IMG/VR virus record: IMGVR_UViG_3300045988_099631
Location: 32,001-96,000 of that record
Strand: one strand, 5' to 3'
DNA: 64,000 bases
From: a virus
Each line of letters starts with the position of its first letter. Position 1 is the stretch's first letter. Below, in pieces: positions 59,780 through 64,000 of the stretch. Below the pieces are notes generated by a model. It was given only the letters and a program-made list of their open reading frames with translations, was not told the DNA's origin and ran no database searches. Made by a program: the position numbers and the translations under genes.

Positions 59780-61564
59780 TCAATTTGATGCCGCCCATAC
59801 ACCATTGACGACTTTCAACGTTTTTCCATTGTCTGATGCGGTAACTGGGACAGCCGGCATATAGTCCGTCCCTGGAATCGCCGCAGCAAGTGCGGTCGGT
59901 TTTCCATCTGCGTCAATAGCTGTCACTTTCAGCAAAGACCCAGCTGTCATTGCTGACTGAATGTTGATATAACTACCTGCTACTGTGTCATTTACGCTCA
60001 AGAAGTTTTCGTTGCCTGACAACGTATATCGTGTACCCCAGTAGCCCTCTGCGCTGCCTTCCGAGTCAATATGGACGTAATAAATCATTAATTCTTCCGG
60101 TGTGTTACCCTGTGTCATCTTTGTTAGAGCGAAATCGACATACCCAAACGCTTCATCAAAATCTGCAAGTGGAAGAAGCACGATTTCTGTATTGGATGCC
60201 CCAAAGAGTTTCACTCTCGCGTAACACGAGTGCCCAGCCTTGTAAGCGGCAAGGATTTCGTCATACGTCTTTGTGTGTGTGACACTCTCATCATAGGTAT
60301 TCTCAGAATGAATGCCACAGCCGACAAAGAATGGTGTAGGAAGTTCTGTATCCGATGGCAATGCGCCAACATCGGACGCAGTGAGTTCGACATCTCCGGT
60401 TTTACCATTAACACTTGTAACAGCACCGGAAGTTCCGCCACCGCCACTTCCCGGTGATGTATAGAGTTTTCCGTTCTCATCAACACCGACGCTTTGTGTC
60501 ATGCTGTCTGTCTTAGAAACAGGTTTAACGCCTCCTAAAGTGGTGCTATTTGCAACAGGCAGTGTATATGGGTCAGGTGTATTGCTCAAATCATTATACG
60601 AACCGCTAAAGTTCGACGTGCCAGCCCCGATATTCGTCCGGGCTTGTTCCTTCTGATTAGCAGTAAGATTCTGGATTGTTATCTTGACCGCATTTGTAAC
60701 CACTGCACCGGTTGCTCCGTCAACGGATTTTACTGGGTATGGCGGCGCATTTTCCGTACCATACAAGCTCAACTCAGATGATGTCTTGTTCCCTTCAAGT
60801 GTAACACCATTTATCTGCGGTCTGTTTTCTAGTCCGTTATAATCCGTCGTGCCACCTCCGCCACCAGAATACTCAACCAGAGTTCCTTCTAGGGTCGTAG
60901 CAGCTTGAACATTTCCACTCCCGTCACCTTCCAGAATACCATCGACCATGATTTTCTGCTGCTTCTCTGCAAGCTGAGTCGGGGTTGCATAGGACTTAGA
61001 CAGGTCAACAGCACCCGTCTCCCCATCAACAGAGGTAACAGGCGCGCTTTGAAGATAATCTGCTCCGGGAACAGCGGCTGTTACACCGCCGTTCCCGTCC
61101 CCTTTCAGAAGCCCAGCTACTTCAATCGCGTCTTGTTTTCCAGAAAGTTCATCAGCAGAAATTGCGCCGATGTTGTTTCTTGCCTGCGATTGTTGTGCCG
61201 CACTCAGTATTTGTGCGACATAGAGAACGGCGTTTTCGGCACTGCCGCCTCCGCCGCCAGACGATGGGCTACCGCCAAGAATGCTCAATGAACCATTTCC
61301 ACAAATGACAGCGTTTGTCATGCTGGAACCAAACACAAACACAGTGACCTGGCTTCCAACAGCGGCATTTGCCATGCTTGATACATACGGGAGCGCAATT
61401 TCCCCATCGAACGGACGTTGCACCGTGATTTTTCCATCCAGCGCCGGTTTCGTAACTTGAGCGCGGAAGTACCACACATTGGAACGTGTCAGTTCTTCAA
61501 TTTTAGGTTTGAAATATTCCCATAGTCTGTCCGCAAACCGTTTCATTTCCTGATTTTCGTCCAT
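59780..61564 (-). CDS. tail fibre protein
   Basis: 594 aa. Repeated Q(A/S)RxNIGA and VTSV(D/N)G.TGAV motifs and Gly-rich linkers. Confidence 0.65.
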   Translation of the reverse strand: MDENQEMKRFADRLWEYFKPKIEELTRSNVWYFRAQVTKPALDGKITVQRPFDGEIALPYVSSMANAAVGSQVTVFVFGSSMTNAVICGNGSLSILGGSPSSGGGGGSAENAVLYVAQILSAAQQSQARNNIGAISADELSGKQDAIEVAGLLKGDGNGGVTAAVPGADYLQSAPVTSVDGETGAVDLSKSYATPTQLAEKQQKIMVDGILEGDGSGNVQAATTLEGTLVEYSGGGGGTTDYNGLENRPQINGVTLEGNKTSSELSLYGTENAPPYPVKSVDGATGAVVTNAVKITIQNLTANQKEQARTNIGAGTSNFSGSYNDLSNTPDPYTLPVANSTTLGGVKPVSKTDSMTQSVGVDENGKLYTSPGSGGGGTSGAVTSVNGKTGDVELTASDVGALPSDTELPTPFFVGCGIHSENTYDESVTHTKTYDEILAAYKAGHSCYARVKLFGASNTEIVLLPLADFDEAFGYVDFALTKMTQGNTPEELMIYYVHIDSEGSAEGYWGTRYTLSGNENFLSVNDTVAGSYINIQSAMTAGSLLKVTAIDADGKPTALAAAIPGTDYMPAVPVTASDNGKTLKVVNGVWAASN

Positions 61565-61582
61565 TGTGTGTTCCCTCCGCTA

Positions 61583-63100
61583 TCACAGTTTCCTGACGTA
61601 TTTTTTGCTGACGTATCCTTCTTTTCCACTGGCTGTTCGCACATAGTACCAGTTCTTCGTCTGATACCCATACCATGTGACCAGTTCACCAAAATTGAGT
61701 ACGAATCGGATTTCGCTGCTAGTAGTAGCGGCAGCGCGAAGGTTCAGTCCATTCGCCATGACTTTCAGTTTGACACCTTTCGATGCTGTTTTGTCCGTTT
61801 CTATCCAGGCTTCCGACTTTATCGGCTTCGTCTGCGCGTAATAGTTTCCGTATTGCCGCTTGCTCAAGTAGTTTCCGCTTCCGCCCTTCAACCAGATTGC
61901 AACGAATCCACGCAGTTTGTTCGGACGCGCCCACACCTTTGTAGGTGTTACATAACTGCTGGAAGCACCACCATCAAGATTGATTGCGAAATCGTACTTC
62001 TCATTGACGAACTTATTTGCAACAACGTCCATGGGGACTTGCTTTTCAGTGACAATAATCCCAAGGGTCTTCCCGCGCAGTCCCATCGCCGTCCGGTACT
62101 TGTTGCCCTCCAGCCCTCTGGGGACGCTAAAATCCTTCGTGCCGTTTTGAACCATAGCAGGATAGCCACCAACTGCATCTGGTGATGTGACGGCTCCACG
62201 CGGTTCCTGAATGGGTGTTTTGTAATCCTTGAAGCCAATGAACGGTTGCCACCCCTGATATTCCATGGTTCCCTTGTGCTTGACGCCAGAGGCCGGCGTG
62301 TATTTTCCGTAATTGAACAGCTCGGCGTTGATAACGATGTCTGGATACCGGCCATTCCATTGTGCGCGAATTGCTACGCTGCCAGTCGTCTCGCCTCTTG
62401 CGTCGCTCATTTTGACGTGTTCGATGCAGTCAATGCAGGAGAATGGGATTTCTGCAAAAATGCCGCCTTGGAACTCTGCGTAGGTCACAGACGTAGATTT
62501 CGGTTTTGACGATGGTGTCACGCTCTGTGGAGTGTTTGTGACGAGTTCCCATTTGGGCCTTCCAACGCCGCCGATAGCCGAAGAATTGCGGAAATACCAC
62601 TTCTTGAATACTCCACCGCCATTCGCAATCACAACATTGCTTCCAGCTCCTGTGTTTCCTTCAATGGTATAGATTTTCGCGCTATCCACCTTGTACACAA
62701 GTCCGGTATGTGTCATGTTTCCGGGCTTCCCGAAGAAGAGCTGGTCGCATTCCTGGACATCTGCAATGGATACGGTCTGTCCGGCAGTTTTGTAATAGTT
62801 GTACGATTCCGTACAACCAGCACCATAGCCGCCCTTTGGCTGACACGTCAGCTTCATGCCAAGGTCGAATCCAAATGCCGTGATGAAGCACCAGTCAACG
62901 AACATATCGCACCATGGAAGCCCCTGCTTGGGGGACTGATAAGTCCCCCATTTCGCATGATCGCGGGCGTACTTTGTGTAGTTGTTTCGGCCGACGTTTG
63001 CAGTTTTGCTGTCGAGCTGTGCATTCGTTGCTTTTTCCAAATACCCTTCTTCAGCCTCTGCTACGGAGATAAGTTTCTTTTGTGCATCCTGAATCGTCAT
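61583..63100 (-). CDS. multidomain endolysin: CHAP/NlpC-like, phosphodiester-glycosidase (NAGPA)-like and SH3b domains
   Basis: LPWCDMFVDWCF...HTGLVY (CHAP), AINLDGGASSS (NAGPA), LNLRAAATTSSE...WYYVRTASGKEGYVSKKYV (SH3b). RBS GGAAGGAGG. Confidence 0.75.
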   Translation of the reverse strand: MTIQDAQKKLISVAEAEEGYLEKATNAQLDSKTANVGRNNYTKYARDHAKWGTYQSPKQGLPWCDMFVDWCFITAFGFDLGMKLTCQPKGGYGAGCTESYNYYKTAGQTVSIADVQECDQLFFGKPGNMTHTGLVYKVDSAKIYTIEGNTGAGSNVVIANGGGVFKKWYFRNSSAIGGVGRPKWELVTNTPQSVTPSSKPKSTSVTYAEFQGGIFAEIPFSCIDCIEHVKMSDARGETTGSVAIRAQWNGRYPDIVINAELFNYGKYTPASGVKHKGTMEYQGWQPFIGFKDYKTPIQEPRGAVTSPDAVGGYPAMVQNGTKDFSVPRGLEGNKYRTAMGLRGKTLGIIVTEKQVPMDVVANKFVNEKYDFAINLDGGASSSYVTPTKVWARPNKLRGFVAIWLKGGSGNYLSKRQYGNYYAQTKPIKSEAWIETDKTASKGVKLKVMANGLNLRAAATTSSEIRFVLNFGELVTWYGYQTKNWYYVRTASGKEGYVSKKYVRKL

Positions 63101-63133
63101 TTTAACGTTCCTCCTTCCATACGGATGCAATGA

Positions 63134-63355
63134 TTATTCTTGGTCATCGTGTGTTGGCTTGTTCTTGTCTTCGCCCTTTGCGCTTTGGTATCCAAAGTAG
63201 AACGTGAGTACCATAACGATGATAGAATAGAAATCTTTCGGTTCCACTCCGCCCTTGAGCGCCATCACGACGAATGCTGTGGTAAGCAAGATTGTAACGA
63301 GAGATTTGACCTTGAATAAGTTTTCGACGACAGTTTGCCACCAGTTGTTGTTCAT
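63134..63355 (-). CDS. holin-like membrane protein
   Basis: 73 aa, two TM helices and a charged C-terminus. Immediately upstream of the endolysin. Confidence 0.55.
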   Translation of the reverse strand: MNNNWWQTVVENLFKVKSLVTILLTTAFVVMALKGGVEPKDFYSIIVMVLTFYFGYQSAKGEDKNKPTHDDQE

Positions 63356-63369
63356 AATAGTTTCCTTTC

Positions 63370-63636
63370 TCAGTCTTTAAGAACTGACTCAATAATTCGT
63401 GCCGTTGCGTCGAGGCCGTACTTGTCGGCCAGTTCCCGGACGAATTTTAATGCGTACTTGCTCCGGTTTTCGTTCTTTGCTTTCCAGAAGTAGAACGCAG
63501 TAGCACCACCGCATTCTACAATCCAACCACAAAGAACAGTTGCAGCAGCTGTTTTGTCTTCAACAGCCAAAAAGATGATTATGAAGACACCCAGCATCAG
63601 GTATGAGAAAATTAAGATTTTTTTGCTCCACTCCAT
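63370..63636 (-). CDS. membrane protein (possible holin/antiholin)
   Basis: 88 aa with 2-3 TM helices. Confidence 0.45.
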   Translation of the reverse strand: MEWSKKILIFSYLMLGVFIIIFLAVEDKTAAATVLCGWIVECGGATAFYFWKAKNENRSKYALKFVRELADKYGLDATARIIESVLKD

Positions 63637-63637
63637 G

Positions 63638-63943
63638 TCACGTCACCACTTCCCACTCGTCCACTTCCTTCTTGATCTTGTCGATGAATGAATTTCCCTT
63701 CAAGGCTTTATAGGCTTTGTACGAATACTCGAAGTTTTCGGCTTCATACTGCCGGATTTTCTGTGCATCCTTGTTCTTATAATAGGTGTGCAGCATATCC
63801 GCACGAAGCTGACACTTCATCCCGGCTTTGACTGCGCTATCTCCCATGACCCACTCTCGGATTGGCCGGACAAGAATCACCAGTACAGTGCCAATCGTAG
63901 TAATACCACCGAAGACGGTCACGATGTCTTTGAAAATATCCAT
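63638..63943 (-). CDS. membrane-anchored protein
   Basis: 101 aa with an N-terminal TM helix. Confidence 0.4.
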   Translation of the reverse strand: MDIFKDIVTVFGGITTIGTVLVILVRPIREWVMGDSAVKAGMKCQLRADMLHTYYKNKDAQKIRQYEAENFEYSYKAYKALKGNSFIDKIKKEVDEWEVVT

Positions 63944-64000
63944 TGTTTTTCTCCAATCGTTTTGTCTGTATAGGCAAAGAGAAAGAGGACAGTGAACGTA

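Noticed and set aside
1-64000. Genome-wide stop-codon reassignment (TAG or TGA recoding), prompted by the two in-frame stops.
   Set aside because: Nearly all other genes are intact and tightly packed under the standard code. Both TAG and TGA also serve as ordinary terminators with ATGA or TAATG overlaps. No suppressor-type anticodon was found among the tRNAs in this window.

Overview
This window looks like about 64 kb of a densely packed temperate, tRNA-carrying tailed-phage genome of the Firmicutes/Clostridia type. All calls come from reading the sequence and the ORF track by eye, with no searches run, and hand-derived coordinates may be off by a few nt.

Strand blocks:
- 1-4582 (-): Cro-like regulator, then a recombination module (YqaJ-type exonuclease, DUF1351, RecT, SSB-like protein, DUF1064 resolvase-like protein).
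- 4661-6852 (+): a cI/cro switch with two perfect palindromic operators, a CI-like repressor, tyrosine integrase 1, and an attP-like site. The site is a 26-nt tRNA 3' fragment flanked on both sides by AAAATCGGCAC arm repeats. This argues for a non-integrated phage genome rather than a prophage junction.
- 6897-33093 (-): a long early/DNA-metabolism arm. It holds a sigma-region-4-like factor inside a GC-rich island, YopX, a PAPS-reductase-family protein, ASCH, HNH, an SNF2-helicase/DNA-methyltransferase fusion split by a LAGLIDADG intein, DUF3310, a SleB-like hydrolase, SSB, an SPP1-like replisome organizer with a G39P-like loader, and dUTPase.
- 33383-58786 (+): an accessory arm of many small, individually promoted and terminated genes. 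These include RHH proteins, an ArdC-N-like protein, a DUF3560-like protein, an Ltp superinfection-exclusion lipoprotein and a Rha protein. The arm also carries a tnpB-only IS605-type element, an opposite-strand HIRAN plus PD-(D/E)xK nuclease gene, a type I toxin-antitoxin candidate and a roughly 1-kb purine-rich repeat tract. Further along are integrase 2, a tRNA/ncRNA island (Gly-TCC, Gln-TTG, Met-CAT and two aberrant tRNA-like genes), HU, a MazF-like toxin and a cysteine desulfurase.
- 58833-63943 (-): holin-like proteins, a CHAP/NAGPA/SH3 endolysin and tail-fibre proteins.

Most notable non-genic signals:
- Two phage-specific promoter classes: a GGGACA-N15/16-TAGAnn class with about 16 copies, and a perfectly conserved 29-mer with 3 copies.
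- A duplicated origin-like iteron block, one copy inside the replisome-organizer gene and one 25.7 kb away.
- Two genes whose conserved domains continue past in-frame stop codons.
- Large ORF-free, apparently structured segments between the tRNAs.
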